The notes below the pieces were generated by a model. That model had not been told where the DNA came from. It saw only the letters and a list, made by a program, of their open reading frames with translations, and ran no database searches. The translations under genes were made by a program, and so were the position numbers. Positions 9,952-19,125 of a stretch of 64,000 bases of DNA are shown here, piece by piece. Each line of letters starts with the position of its first letter. Positions within the stretch are counted from its first letter, which is position 1. Origin of the DNA: Bacteroidota bacterium (GTDB lineage: Bacteria > Bacteroidota > Bacteroidia > AKYH767-A > 2013-40CM-41-45); assembly GCA_016720935.1 (NCBI GenBank), contig JADKJP010000004.1, positions 203,521-267,520 of the forward strand, given 5' to 3'.

Positions 9952-10469
9952 CGGAACACGTAGCGAACAGTGACACCAAAATCAATCCACTCCGGTCCGG
10001 GATTGTAAAACTCATAATAGGGAACAACGTCGATACCGATTGTGAAGGGAGCAATTTTTTTCACCTGGTATTCTATCTGGATCGTCGCGTCAACACCGGC
10101 AGAAACAACACTTTTATCATAGTACAAAGGCTCACCGTTTCTGCGTTTGTAATAACCTTGTTTGTTGTAAGGAAAATAGGCCCCGTGTACTCCTGCGCCG
10201 TAGATAAAATCAAGAGGCAATTGCACAATCGGCATCTTGAACGGAATCTGTTTGATCAGGATGGCTTTTACAGTGTATCCCTTGGAGGCAATATTGGTAT
10301 AGTAACCATCCAGGAGTAAGCCGGTCGCATTGTCGGCGTTAAAAAAGGATTTGATAGAAATCCCCGTATTGAATTTTCCCGCTCTAACACCTAATCCAAA
10401 TACATACAGCTGTGCCTGAGCTGCGGAGAGGATCATCAGGAAACAAATGCACAAAAGAACTCTTTTCAT
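9948..10469 (-). CDS. Small outer-membrane beta-barrel protein (OmpA-like TM barrel)
   Basis: Signal peptide, alternating-hydrophobic beta-strand pattern, aromatic C-terminus. Confidence 0.55.
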   Translation of the reverse strand: MKRVLLCICFLMILSAAQAQLYVFGLGVRAGKFNTGISIKSFFNADNATGLLLDGYYTNIASKGYTVKAILIKQIPFKMPIVQLPLDFIYGAGVHGAYFPYNKQGYYKRRNGEPLYYDKSVVSAGVDATIQIEYQVKKIAPFTIGIDVVPYYEFYNPGPEWIDFGVTVRYVFR

Positions 10470-10575
10470 AGTAAGCCGCTAAGGTTGCACAAGTTAAAAA
10501 ATTACCCGTTCATGAAAAATTACTTATGAAGTATTTTGCAAAAAAAATTCAGTCAAGGAATTTTTGATACTTTTG

Positions 10576-10662
10576 TACCATCAAACTGGGGTGCTCCTGA
10601 TCTACGGGGCTGAGATTATACCCATCGAACCTGTTCAGGGTAATGCCTGCGAAGGGAACGAG
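10576..10662 (+). promoter_or_regulatory. TPP (thiamine pyrophosphate) riboswitch, THI-box
   Basis: ACUGGGGUGCUCCUGAUCUACGGGGCUGAGAUUAUACCCAUCGAACCUGUUCAGGGUAAUGCCUGCGAAGGGAAC matches the THI-box consensus (CUGGGGUGC, GCUGAGA, ACCC, GAACCUG, UAAUGCC.GCG.AGGGAA). It is preceded by a TActTTTG -7 promoter motif and is 65 nt upstream of the TonB-dependent receptor ATG. Confidence 0.85.
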
Positions 10663-10727
10663 GTAAACAAATTATGGCGCGTTCACACCCCATGGTGCGT
10701 GCATTGTTCATCCTTAAATAATAAATC

Positions 10728-13151
10728 ATGAAGAAGGTATTTTTTGCAGGCCGGCACTGCCGGAATTTGCTCCTGATCATTTTCGTTTGTCTTCAGGCAA
10801 ATTCATTTGCACAACAAAACATCACCGGAGTTATCCTTGACGATGAAAACAATCAGCCTGTCGCAGGCGCTTCAATTCATATTGAAGGAACTTTCTTCAC
10901 CATTCTGAGCAATGATGAAGGAAAATTTTCTTTTCTGGATTATAAAAAAGGAGAAGCCGATCTGACCATCACGCACATCTCCTATGAAACAAAAAAAATC
11001 CATGTTCTGAGTAAAGATTCACCACAAAGTATTCGCATGAGCGTGAAGAATTATTTATCGGAAGAAGTCACCATCACTGCAACACGCATGGATGGCAGAA
11101 ATGGTTTCGCTTACAGCAATCAGAATAAAGAAGAACTGGAGAAGAAAAATCTAGGACAGGATTTACCCTTCCTGCTGAACATGACCCCTTCGCTTGTTGT
11201 CACTTCCGATGCCGGAAACGGTGTCGGTTATACCGGACTGCGCATCCGTGGAAGCGACGCGAGCAGGATCAATGTGACACTTAACGGAATTCCAGTGAAC
11301 GACCCGGAATCTCACCAGGTGTATTGGGTGGATCTTCCTGACCTTGCTTCTTCAGCGGAAAACATCCAGGTGCAACGCGGTGTGGGAACCTCCACCAATG
11401 GCGCCGGAGCTTTCGGTGGCAGTGTAAATATTCAATCCAGCGCTTTCCAGTCGAAAGCATTCGGACAAGTGAACAGCGCTGTTGGCTCCTTTAATACATG
11501 GAAAAACACCGTCTCCTTTGGAAGCGGATTAATCGACAATAAATTTTCTATCGATGGAAGATTTTCGAAAATAAATTCGGGCGGTTATATCGACCGATCA
11601 AAAAGTGATTTGCATTCGATGTATTTATCGGGCGGATATTATGGAAAGAAAAGTTCGCTGCGCGGACTCATTTTATCCGGTAAAGAAAAAACCTACCAGG
11701 CCTGGTACGGCGTTCCTGAGGATTCTTTGAGTTCAAATCCGAGTTTCAATCCGGCAGGCTTGTATACTGATGCCGCTGGAAATATTTTGTATTACGAAAA
11801 TCAAACCGACAATTATCAGCAGGACTATTACCAGTTGATTCATGCGATTGAACTCAGTCCCTCCCTGCTTTTAAATACAGCTGTTCATTACACAAAAGGA
11901 AAAGGATACTATGAAGAATACAGTGTTGGTGACGCTTTCTCCAAATACGGACTTCCTGATATTTACACTGCAACAGACACCATCAGCAGTTCTGATTTCA
12001 TTCGCAGACGATGGCTCAACAACGATTTCTACGGACTCACTGCCAATCTTCATTATGAGAAAGAAAAATGGAATTTCATTCTCGGACTTTGCGCTAATGA
12101 ATACGATGGAAAACATTTCGGTGAAGTGATTTGGGCAAAAGACGGATCTGTCCCTAATGGAAAACTGGAATACTACAGTGATGACGCTGTTAAAAAAGAA
12201 AGCAGCGGATTCTTAAAACTCGGCGGAACTTTTGCGCATGGAATTTATGTGTATGCAGATCTGCAGTCGCGTTTTGTTTCCTATCAATTTATCGGTTACG
12301 ACAGAGACGGAAAAAATCTTCCTCAAAAAACAAACTCAGCTTTTTTTAATCCGAAAGCCGGAATGTCCTGGCAGATCAATGAAAAACAACAGTTCTGTTT
12401 GTCGGTGGCTGTTGCTCACAAAGAACCGGTTCGTGACGATTATGTGAATTCATCGCCCGATAGTCGTCCGAAAGCGGAAGCACTCACCGATCTTGAAGCT
12501 GGTTACCGTTTTAGTCTGAAGAAATTTTTTCTTTCCGCAAATTTCTATCACATGGCATACACTGACCAGCTGATTCTCACCGGAGAAATCAATGATGTCG
12601 GTGAATACACAAGACAAAATGTCGCCGACAGCTACCGACAAGGAATAGAATTTGAAGGAGGCTGGTCGGTGTCGGAGAAAGTGAAGTTGTCGGCTAATGC
12701 TACATTCAGCAAAAATAAAATCAAACATTTCGAAGAATACATCGACAACTACGACGATTATACGCAGCAAAGAAATGATTACGACAACACAGACATTTCA
12801 TTTTCACCCTCACTCATCAGCGCGGGAATTATCAATTGGACACCGATAAAAAATCTCGAATTTGAATTCACCGGAAAATACATTGGCAAACAATTTCTGG
12901 ACAACACCATGAATGAAAAAAGAAAGCTCGATGCTTATGTTGTCAATGACGCGAGAATTGCCTGGACCATCAAACCAAAAGGCATCAGCGAAATCGGTTT
13001 TACTCTCGCCGTCAACAACCTCTTTGATCAACGCTATTCATCGAACGGTTATACCTATAGTTATATCTACGGCGGAAGCGCTTCTACTTTTAATTACTAT
13101 TTCCCGCAAGCAGGGGTGACGGTGATGTTTGGAATAAAAGCACGAATCTAG
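10728..13151 (+). CDS. TonB-dependent outer-membrane receptor (SusC-like, riboswitch-controlled; probable thiamine uptake)
   Basis: Signal peptide, carboxypeptidase-regulatory-like N-terminal domain, TonB box and plug, 22-strand barrel, C-terminal aromatic residue. A TPP riboswitch lies in its leader. Confidence 0.85.
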   Translation: MKKVFFAGRHCRNLLLIIFVCLQANSFAQQNITGVILDDENNQPVAGASIHIEGTFFTILSNDEGKFSFLDYKKGEADLTITHISYETKKIHVLSKDSPQSIRMSVKNYLSEEVTITATRMDGRNGFAYSNQNKEELEKKNLGQDLPFLLNMTPSLVVTSDAGNGVGYTGLRIRGSDASRINVTLNGIPVNDPESHQVYWVDLPDLASSAENIQVQRGVGTSTNGAGAFGGSVNIQSSAFQSKAFGQVNSAVGSFNTWKNTVSFGSGLIDNKFSIDGRFSKINSGGYIDRSKSDLHSMYLSGGYYGKKSSLRGLILSGKEKTYQAWYGVPEDSLSSNPSFNPAGLYTDAAGNILYYENQTDNYQQDYYQLIHAIELSPSLLLNTAVHYTKGKGYYEEYSVGDAFSKYGLPDIYTATDTISSSDFIRRRWLNNDFYGLTANLHYEKEKWNFILGLCANEYDGKHFGEVIWAKDGSVPNGKLEYYSDDAVKKESSGFLKLGGTFAHGIYVYADLQSRFVSYQFIGYDRDGKNLPQKTNSAFFNPKAGMSWQINEKQQFCLSVAVAHKEPVRDDYVNSSPDSRPKAEALTDLEAGYRFSLKKFFLSANFYHMAYTDQLILTGEINDVGEYTRQNVADSYRQGIEFEGGWSVSEKVKLSANATFSKNKIKHFEEYIDNYDDYTQQRNDYDNTDISFSPSLISAGIINWTPIKNLEFEFTGKYIGKQFLDNTMNEKRKLDAYVVNDARIAWTIKPKGISEIGFTLAVNNLFDQRYSSNGYTYSYIYGGSASTFNYYFPQAGVTVMFGIKARI

Positions 13152-13159
13152 TTTCGGGA

Positions 13160-13208
13160 TATGAGTTATGAGTTGAGAGTTAGAATTATGAATTATGAAT
13201 TATGAGTG
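13160..13208 (+). repeat. (ATGAGTT)n heptamer array
   Basis: atgagtt atgagtt gagagtt agaatt atgaatt atgaatt atgagtg. Starts 9 nt after the receptor stop codon. The same array occurs at 25587. Confidence 0.85.
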
Positions 13209-13217
13209 CCATAATTT

Positions 13218-13313
13218 CTAAGCACTAACCACTAACCTCTAAGCACTAAGCACCAACCACCAAGCACCAAGCACTAACCTCTAAGCACTAAGCACCAACC
13301 ACTAAGCACTAAT
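13218..13313 (+). repeat. (CTAAGCA/CTAACCA/CCAAGCA)n heptamer array, ~13.7 units, perfectly 7-nt periodic
   Basis: ctaagca ctaacca ctaacct ctaagca ctaagca ccaacca ccaagca ccaagca ctaacct ctaagca ctaagca ccaacca ctaagca ctaa. Confidence 0.9.
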
Positions 13314-13920
13314 TCTTACAAGCGCAACTCGGCGACATATAAATCTTCGCTGTCTTCACGACAAGTGAATCGATGCGGGCTTGTTGTTCATCGGAAAAAA
13401 GAATTCCTCTTAGTTCGAGTACTTTCAGATTGCCGAGATTACCAATTTCATCGGGAACATCAGCGAGTTCATTGTCCCAGAGTTCGAGCACTTCCAGACT
13501 TTGCAGTTTACCAATGCTTGCCGGCAATGATTCAAGAACATTGCGGTTGAGTCCGAGGTATTCAAGTTTGATCAGGTTACCGATTTCTTCCGGAAGAGAA
13601 TCCAGTTTGTTGTTAGCCAGATTCAATCGTTTCAATTGTGTAAGCTGTCCGATTTCAGGAGGCAAAGAATGCAACCTGTTTTTGCTCAGATCCAGTTCGC
13701 GGAGGTTTTTGAAAAGCAGAATTTCAGCCGGGAAACTATCGAGTTTTGTTTTGCTCAGGTTCAGGCGAAAAACCTGATCAGGATTTTCTTTAGCCTCTCT
13801 GATGCTACGATAAACATAGGCTGAATCTCTGAAAACCGCATGCGTCTCCTGAGCACTGGAAGTGAATACCGGTGCAAGAAGGTAAAATATGCTCAAAAGG
13901 CAGTTTTTCAGGAAATTCAA
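13309..13920 (-). CDS. Secreted leucine-rich repeat (LRR) protein
   Basis: Signal peptide plus seven consecutive 23-aa LxxLxLxxNxLxxLPxxIGxLxx repeats. Confidence 0.75.
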   Translation of the reverse strand: MNFLKNCLLSIFYLLAPVFTSSAQETHAVFRDSAYVYRSIREAKENPDQVFRLNLSKTKLDSFPAEILLFKNLRELDLSKNRLHSLPPEIGQLTQLKRLNLANNKLDSLPEEIGNLIKLEYLGLNRNVLESLPASIGKLQSLEVLELWDNELADVPDEIGNLGNLKVLELRGILFSDEQQARIDSLVVKTAKIYMSPSCACKN

Positions 13921-13947
13921 TGCGATTCGTTTAGTCTCAGAAAAACG

Positions 13948-14874
13948 TCAGGAAAGCAATTTTGTTGCGTTCTGAAGGTCTTCCTTCATCTTTTCCTTCA
14001 ATTGTTCCAGATTTTCGAAGTGCATATCACCCCGGATCCTCGTTTTTAGAAAAACAGTGATGGTTTTGCCATAAATATCTCTGTTAAAATCAAGGATATT
14101 CACTTCAGAAGTGTGTTTTTTGCCGTCGACCGTCGGCCTAGTTCCGAGATACAGCATTCCTTTATGAAGCTCTCCGTCAACTTCCACCATGACCGCGTAA
14201 ATGCCATCCTCCGGAATCAATTTATACGATTCCCTGATTTTGATATTGGCAGTCGGAAAACCAAGACTGGTGCCGATTCTGTCACCTTTAATGACCTCCC
14301 CACGCAGGGTGAAATCATGTCCCAATAATTTATTTGCAGCCTCAACATCACCCAGCAAAAGGGCTTTGCGAATCTTCGTAGAACTGACAGCAACCTCATC
14401 AATAACCTGTTTCGAGATCTCTTCCAGTCTGAACCCATACATCGATGCCATTTCCTCGAGTTCTTTGTATGAGCCTTCCCGGTTTCTTCCGAAATGGTGA
14501 TCATAACCAATCACCAGAGTTTTCATACCTATCTTACTGAGCAAAACATCCCGAACAAATTCCGTCGCGGAGATGCGGGAAAATTCCTTGCTGAAAGGTT
14601 GCACAATCAGATGATGGATTCCGTTTTTTTCGAGAAGAAGGGTTCTTTCCTCCATCGTGGTAATGAGCTTTAAATCACTGTCATCCGGCTGGAGAACCAT
14701 CCTTGGATGAGGAAAAAATGTGAGCAAAACCGTTTCACCCTTCGTTTCCCTGGCTACATCATTCAGTCTTTGAATAATTTTATTGTGACCGGCATGAACT
14801 CCGTCGAAGGTGCCGATGGTCACCACCGCATTCTCCAGACCGGGAAACTCTTCAACTGAATTGTATACTTTCAA
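13948..14874 (-). CDS. ribF: Bifunctional riboflavin kinase / FMN adenylyltransferase
   Basis: N-terminal FAD-synthetase nucleotidyltransferase motif (GTFDGVHAGH) and C-terminal riboflavin kinase domain. Confidence 0.85.
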   Translation of the reverse strand: MKVYNSVEEFPGLENAVVTIGTFDGVHAGHNKIIQRLNDVARETKGETVLLTFFPHPRMVLQPDDSDLKLITTMEERTLLLEKNGIHHLIVQPFSKEFSRISATEFVRDVLLSKIGMKTLVIGYDHHFGRNREGSYKELEEMASMYGFRLEEISKQVIDEVAVSSTKIRKALLLGDVEAANKLLGHDFTLRGEVIKGDRIGTSLGFPTANIKIRESYKLIPEDGIYAVMVEVDGELHKGMLYLGTRPTVDGKKHTSEVNILDFNRDIYGKTITVFLKTRIRGDMHFENLEQLKEKMKEDLQNATKLLS

Positions 14875-15071
14875 GGGTTAATGAATCAGGGAGCAAAAAT
14901 AAGATTCCCCATGAAACTACGGGTATATCCGGAAAGGAGGTTTTTAGCGTCCGTTCAGACAGCAGCCTCATTTTGCAAATATTGGCCTTTCTCCGGTTCC
15001 TATGACTATTTCCATTTCAAGGATACTTTGAAATGATTATTTTCGCCCTCCATTTTTAATATATCAATACT

Positions 15072-16400
15072 ATGTCAGGAAATAAAATTACCATGTCGGG
15101 CGGAAAGTTAACGGTTCCCGATCAACCTATTATTCCATTTATTGAAGGCGATGGCACCGGTCCGGATATCTGGCGTGCTTCTGTGCGTGTTTTGGATGCA
15201 GCGGTAGAAAAAGCGTATGCAGGCAAAAAGAAGATTGAATGGAAAGAAGTTCTTGCCGGTGAAAAATCGTTCAAGAAAACAGGAAACTGGTTGCCCGATG
15301 AAACGCTCGACGCATTCAAAGAATATCTCGTTGGTATTAAAGGTCCGCTGACAACTCCTGTTGGCGGAGGTATCCGTTCCCTCAATGTGGCATTACGTCA
15401 GATTCTTGATTTGTACGTTTGTCTGCGTCCCGTGCGTTGGTTTGAAGGTGTTCCTTCTCCGGTGAAAAATCCGGGTGCTGTTGACATGGTTATTTTCCGT
15501 GAGAACACAGAAGATATCTACGCGGGAATTGAATTTGTTGCCGGTTCACCGGAAGCACAAAAGGTTTTGGATTTTATCGCGAAAGAATTTCCGAAAGATT
15601 TCAATAAGATTCGTTTTGGTACAGAAGAAAAAGGCAAAGGCTTTTTACAGGCTGCCGGTTCTTCAGATAGCACAGCGGTTGCCGTTGGAATCGGTATTAA
15701 ACCGGTTTCAAAAATTGGTTCCGAGCGTTTGATCAGCTCAGCGATCGATTACGCGATTCTTCACAAAAAGAAATCGGTGACCATCGTTCACAAAGGCAAT
15801 ATCATGAAATACACTGAAGGTGCATTCCGTGACTGGGGCTATGCTGTCGCTGAAAAGAAATATGGCGACAAGGTTTACACATGGTCGACCTGGGAGAAAA
15901 CTAAAAAAGAAAAAGGTGAAGCTGCAGCTAATGAAGAACAAAAAGCGGCTTTGGCAGCAGGAAGAATTCTTGTGAAAGATTCCATTGCTGACATCACTCT
16001 GCAACAGGTACTCACTCGTCCGGAAGATTTTGATGTGATCGCAACACTCAATCTGAATGGAGATTACCTCAGTGACGCATTGGCTGCACAAGTTGGTGGA
16101 ATCGGTATTGCTCCGGGAGCGAATATCAACTATGTGACCGGACATGCGATCTTCGAAGCTACTCACGGTACAGCGCCAAAATATGCGGATCAGGACAAAG
16201 TAAATCCGGGTTCAGTAATTCTTTCCGGAGCGATGATGCTGGAACACCTCGGATGGATCGAAGCCGCTAACCTTATCTACAAGAGCATGGAAAAAAGCAT
16301 CGCGAAGAAACGTGTTACTTACGATTTCGAACGCCAGATGCAGGGAGCTACACTGCTGAAATGCTCTGAATTCGGAGATGAATTAATCAGCAATATGTAA
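15072..16400 (+). CDS. icd: NADP-dependent isocitrate dehydrogenase
   Basis: Full-length homodimeric IDH architecture ([27 protein letters not shown]). Confidence 0.9.
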   Translation: MSGNKITMSGGKLTVPDQPIIPFIEGDGTGPDIWRASVRVLDAAVEKAYAGKKKIEWKEVLAGEKSFKKTGNWLPDETLDAFKEYLVGIKGPLTTPVGGGIRSLNVALRQILDLYVCLRPVRWFEGVPSPVKNPGAVDMVIFRENTEDIYAGIEFVAGSPEAQKVLDFIAKEFPKDFNKIRFGTEEKGKGFLQAAGSSDSTAVAVGIGIKPVSKIGSERLISSAIDYAILHKKKSVTIVHKGNIMKYTEGAFRDWGYAVAEKKYGDKVYTWSTWEKTKKEKGEAAANEEQKAALAAGRILVKDSIADITLQQVLTRPEDFDVIATLNLNGDYLSDALAAQVGGIGIAPGANINYVTGHAIFEATHGTAPKYADQDKVNPGSVILSGAMMLEHLGWIEAANLIYKSMEKSIAKKRVTYDFERQMQGATLLKCSEFGDELISNM

Positions 16401-16423
16401 TTTATCCTTCCTTATTTTTTTAA

Positions 16424-16452
16424 GAGCCTCGCGAATGCGGGGCTTTTTTTTT
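16424..16452 (+). terminator. Rho-independent terminator after icd
   Basis: AGCCTCGC-GAAT-GCGGGGCT stem (one G-U pair) followed by a T-run of 10. Confidence 0.75.
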
Positions 16453-16458
16453 AGAGAC

Positions 16459-16680
16459 AGGGGGCGAGGGACGGGTGACGGGGGATGAACGATTAGGCAG
16501 GAGAGAGAAAATATAACAATGAAATGGCCCATTCAAAAATAAACAATACTCAAGAAGTTTTCTCGAAACCTAATAACCTAATAACTCAATAACTCAATAA
16601 CTTAGTAACTTAATAACTCAATAACAAATCGTCCCCCGCCCCTTCTTCATGAACAACCCGGAACTCAGAACTCGAAACCC
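16459..16680 (+). repeat. Composite repeat element: G-rich GGGACGR block, (YYAATAAC)x7 octamer array, inverted C-rich block, (GAACTCR) heptamers
   Basis: 16461 ggggcgagggacg is inverted-complementary (12 of 13) to 16629 cgtcccccgcccc. The octamer array ctaataac x2, tcaataac x2, ttagtaac, ttaataac, tcaataac spans 16569-16626. gaactcagaactcgaaac (16661-78) is the reverse orientation of the GTTCYGA family. Confidence 0.8.
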
Positions 16681-16736
16681 TACACCATTACCATATTAAC
16701 TGAATTTCCTTATTTTCGCTCAGCCAAAGAAATGAA

Positions 16737-18257
16737 ATGCCGCTGATCGGAGCTCTTATTAAACAGGGATTGAAACTGGGTACACGCGTCAAACTGCGTG
16801 ATTATACTCCTATTCAACACCAGCGTAAGGAATTACGTAAACTCATGCGAAAAGCGGAGCATACCGCTTTTGGCAATCATTACGGTTTTAGCAAGATGCT
16901 TGACTCCCGGAATTTTGTCAGGGCATTCCAGAATGACGTTCCGGTTTTCAATTACAACTCTATTTTTCAGAACTGGTGGCATCGTTGTCTGGCCGAAGAA
17001 GAAAATGTCTGCTGGCCGGGACATGTGAATTATTTCGCCCTGAGTTCAGGCACTTCTGAATCCGCAAGCAAACACATTCCTGTCACCAACGACATGGTGA
17101 AATCCTTGCGCAAAGCAAGCATTCGTCAGATTATCACACTCAGCAAATACGATTTACCGGCTTCTTTTTTTGAAAAAGGAATTCTCTGGCTTGGCGGATC
17201 AACACAACTCAACAGACACGGTGGATATTACGAAGGTGATGTGAGCGGAATTTCCGCCCGACGTGTTCCGATCTGGTTTCAGCAATATTACAAACCCGGA
17301 AAAAAAATTTCCAAGGAGAAAGACTGGAATATCAAACTCGAAGAAATTACCAAGCAGGCCGACAAATGGGATATCGGAATTATTACCGGTGTTCCTTCAT
17401 GGGTTCAGCTGCTGATGGAAAAAGTAATCGAACGTTACAAGTTAAAAAGCATCCACGATATTTGGCCCAATCTCCAGGTAGTCGCTCATGGTGGTGTTTC
17501 TTTCGAGCCATACCGCAGAAGCTTTGAGCGTTTCTTTTCCAAACCTGTACACTTCATCGAAATGTATCCTGCTTCGGAAGGCTTCATCGCGTTCCAGGCA
17601 GAACCGGATGTACGTTACATGAAACTCATCCTGAACAACGGACTGTTTTATGAATTCGTTCCTTTCAACGATGAGAACTTCGACGCGAATGGAGAACTAA
17701 AACAAAACCCTCAGGCATTACTGGTGAATGAAGTAAAAGAAGGTGTTGATTACGCCATTCTAATCAGCACCTGCGCCGGAGCATGGAGATATATGATTGG
17801 TGATGTTGTTCGATTTGTCAACAAAGAGAACTGCGAAATCGTCATTAGCGGAAGAACAAAACATTTCCTCAGTCTGGTTGGCGAACATCTCAGTGTCGAT
17901 AACATGAACAAAGCTGTCGAATATGTCGCGGAACAACTCAATGTTGAAATCCCCGAATTCACTGTCGCCGGAATTCCTTACGAAGGATCTTTTGCCCATC
18001 ACTGGTTTCTTGGTGTGAATGGAAATCTGGACAGAGCCCAGGCCAAACTTTTACTCGATAAAAAACTAAAAGAACTGAACGACGATTACGCCGTTGAACG
18101 TGTCTCTGCATTGAAAGAAGTCATTATCGAAACACTTCCTGCAATTAAGTTCTACAACTACATGAGCAACAACGGCAGGCTCGGCGGACAAAACAAATTC
18201 CCCCGCGTACTCAAAGCTTCGCAGTTGGAGGAGTGGAAGCAATATATTGCTGGCTAG
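16737..18257 (+). CDS. GH3-family (auxin-responsive GH3-like) acyl-adenylate-forming enzyme homologue
   Basis: Length and motifs (YALSSGTSE, FIEMYPASEGF) typical of bacterial GH3 auxin-responsive promoter family proteins. Confidence 0.7.
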   Translation: MPLIGALIKQGLKLGTRVKLRDYTPIQHQRKELRKLMRKAEHTAFGNHYGFSKMLDSRNFVRAFQNDVPVFNYNSIFQNWWHRCLAEEENVCWPGHVNYFALSSGTSESASKHIPVTNDMVKSLRKASIRQIITLSKYDLPASFFEKGILWLGGSTQLNRHGGYYEGDVSGISARRVPIWFQQYYKPGKKISKEKDWNIKLEEITKQADKWDIGIITGVPSWVQLLMEKVIERYKLKSIHDIWPNLQVVAHGGVSFEPYRRSFERFFSKPVHFIEMYPASEGFIAFQAEPDVRYMKLILNNGLFYEFVPFNDENFDANGELKQNPQALLVNEVKEGVDYAILISTCAGAWRYMIGDVVRFVNKENCEIVISGRTKHFLSLVGEHLSVDNMNKAVEYVAEQLNVEIPEFTVAGIPYEGSFAHHWFLGVNGNLDRAQAKLLLDKKLKELNDDYAVERVSALKEVIIETLPAIKFYNYMSNNGRLGGQNKFPRVLKASQLEEWKQYIAG

Positions 18258-18292
18258 TTCCGGGTTCCGGGTTCGAAGTTCAAAGTTTGAGC
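18258..18292 (+). repeat. (GTTCYRR)n heptamer array (GTTCCGG x2, GTTCGAA, GTTCAAA, GTTTGAG)
   Basis: Begins at the first nucleotide after the GH3 stop codon and is nearly identical to the array at 59591-59615. Its first 12 nt (gggttccgggtt) form an inverted repeat with 18343-18354 (aacccggaaccc). Confidence 0.85.
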
Positions 18293-18307
18293 AGATCTCA
18301 ATTCTCC

Positions 18308-18360
18308 CAACCACTAAGCACTAACCACTAACCACTAACCACAAACCCGGAACCCAAAAA
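18308..18360 (+). repeat. (CCACTAA/CTAAGCA)n CA-rich heptamer array ending at the lysE-family ATG
   Basis: ccaacca ctaagca ctaacca ctaacca ctaacca caaaccc ggaaccc aaaaa|ATG. Confidence 0.85.
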
Positions 18361-18966
18361 ATGCTCGAACCCATTTTCAGCGGATTTACTTTTGGACTGT
18401 TGCTGGCAATCATGCTGGGGCCGGTGTTTTTTGCTTTGCTGCAAACGAGTCTGCACGAAGGGTTCAAGGCGGGTGTACACATGGCAATTGGCGTATTCAT
18501 CAGTGACGCGACAGTCATCGCCGTTTGTTATTTTTTCGCTGCTCAGCTTAACCTCATGGAACAAAACAAAACCCTGATGGGTTGGATCGGAGGGATCTTG
18601 CTGATTGGATTTGGTGTTGTCAATTTCATCAAGAAAATAAAAGTAAAAGAAGTGGATGATGACAAAAAAACCGTCCATGCCAAATTTATGTTGCAGGGAT
18701 TTCTCCTCAACATCATGAACCCGGCGGTTTTACTTTTCTGGCTGAGTGTAATCAGTATGGTGAGTCTGAAATCCTATAACCGGAGCGAAGAGGCTGCATT
18801 CTTTGCTTCTGTTTTATTGACAGTCTTTGGGACTGATTTACTGAAATCATTTGTCGCTAACCGTATTAAAAATCTTTTAAAAGCCAATGTCATCCTTTGG
18901 GTGAACCGTGTCATCGGTTGCGCACTGATTGGATTTGGCGTTCACATGATCTGGAAGATTATCTGA
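18361..18966 (+). CDS. LysE/RhtB-family amino-acid exporter
   Basis: Six-TM 201-aa protein with the LysE-type translocator N-terminal motif (FGLLLAIMLGPVFFALLQTS). Confidence 0.7.
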   Translation: MLEPIFSGFTFGLLLAIMLGPVFFALLQTSLHEGFKAGVHMAIGVFISDATVIAVCYFFAAQLNLMEQNKTLMGWIGGILLIGFGVVNFIKKIKVKEVDDDKKTVHAKFMLQGFLLNIMNPAVLLFWLSVISMVSLKSYNRSEEAAFFASVLLTVFGTDLLKSFVANRIKNLLKANVILWVNRVIGCALIGFGVHMIWKII

Positions 18967-19125
18967 TTTGTTCGGGCTTTCAATTATTTTTCAAAATTCC
19001 AGTTTCAAATTTTATTCCTGCAAAATCACAGCATTTCTATAGGCAGAAATAATACCAATTCTGATCATTGGTCATAGTATTTTTTTGTGTTTGTATCTAA
19101 CTTTAATAGACAAAACCGAAGAATC

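Noticed and set aside
13218-13313. Heptamer arrays as possible CRISPR arrays
   Set aside because: The units are 7 nt with no unique spacers, there are no cas genes, and the arrays are degenerate rather than repeat-spacer structured.
13373-13777. 134-aa plus-strand ORF (Ser/Leu-rich)
   Set aside because: It is antisense to the LRR gene; the repetitive LRR codons give a long open antisense frame.
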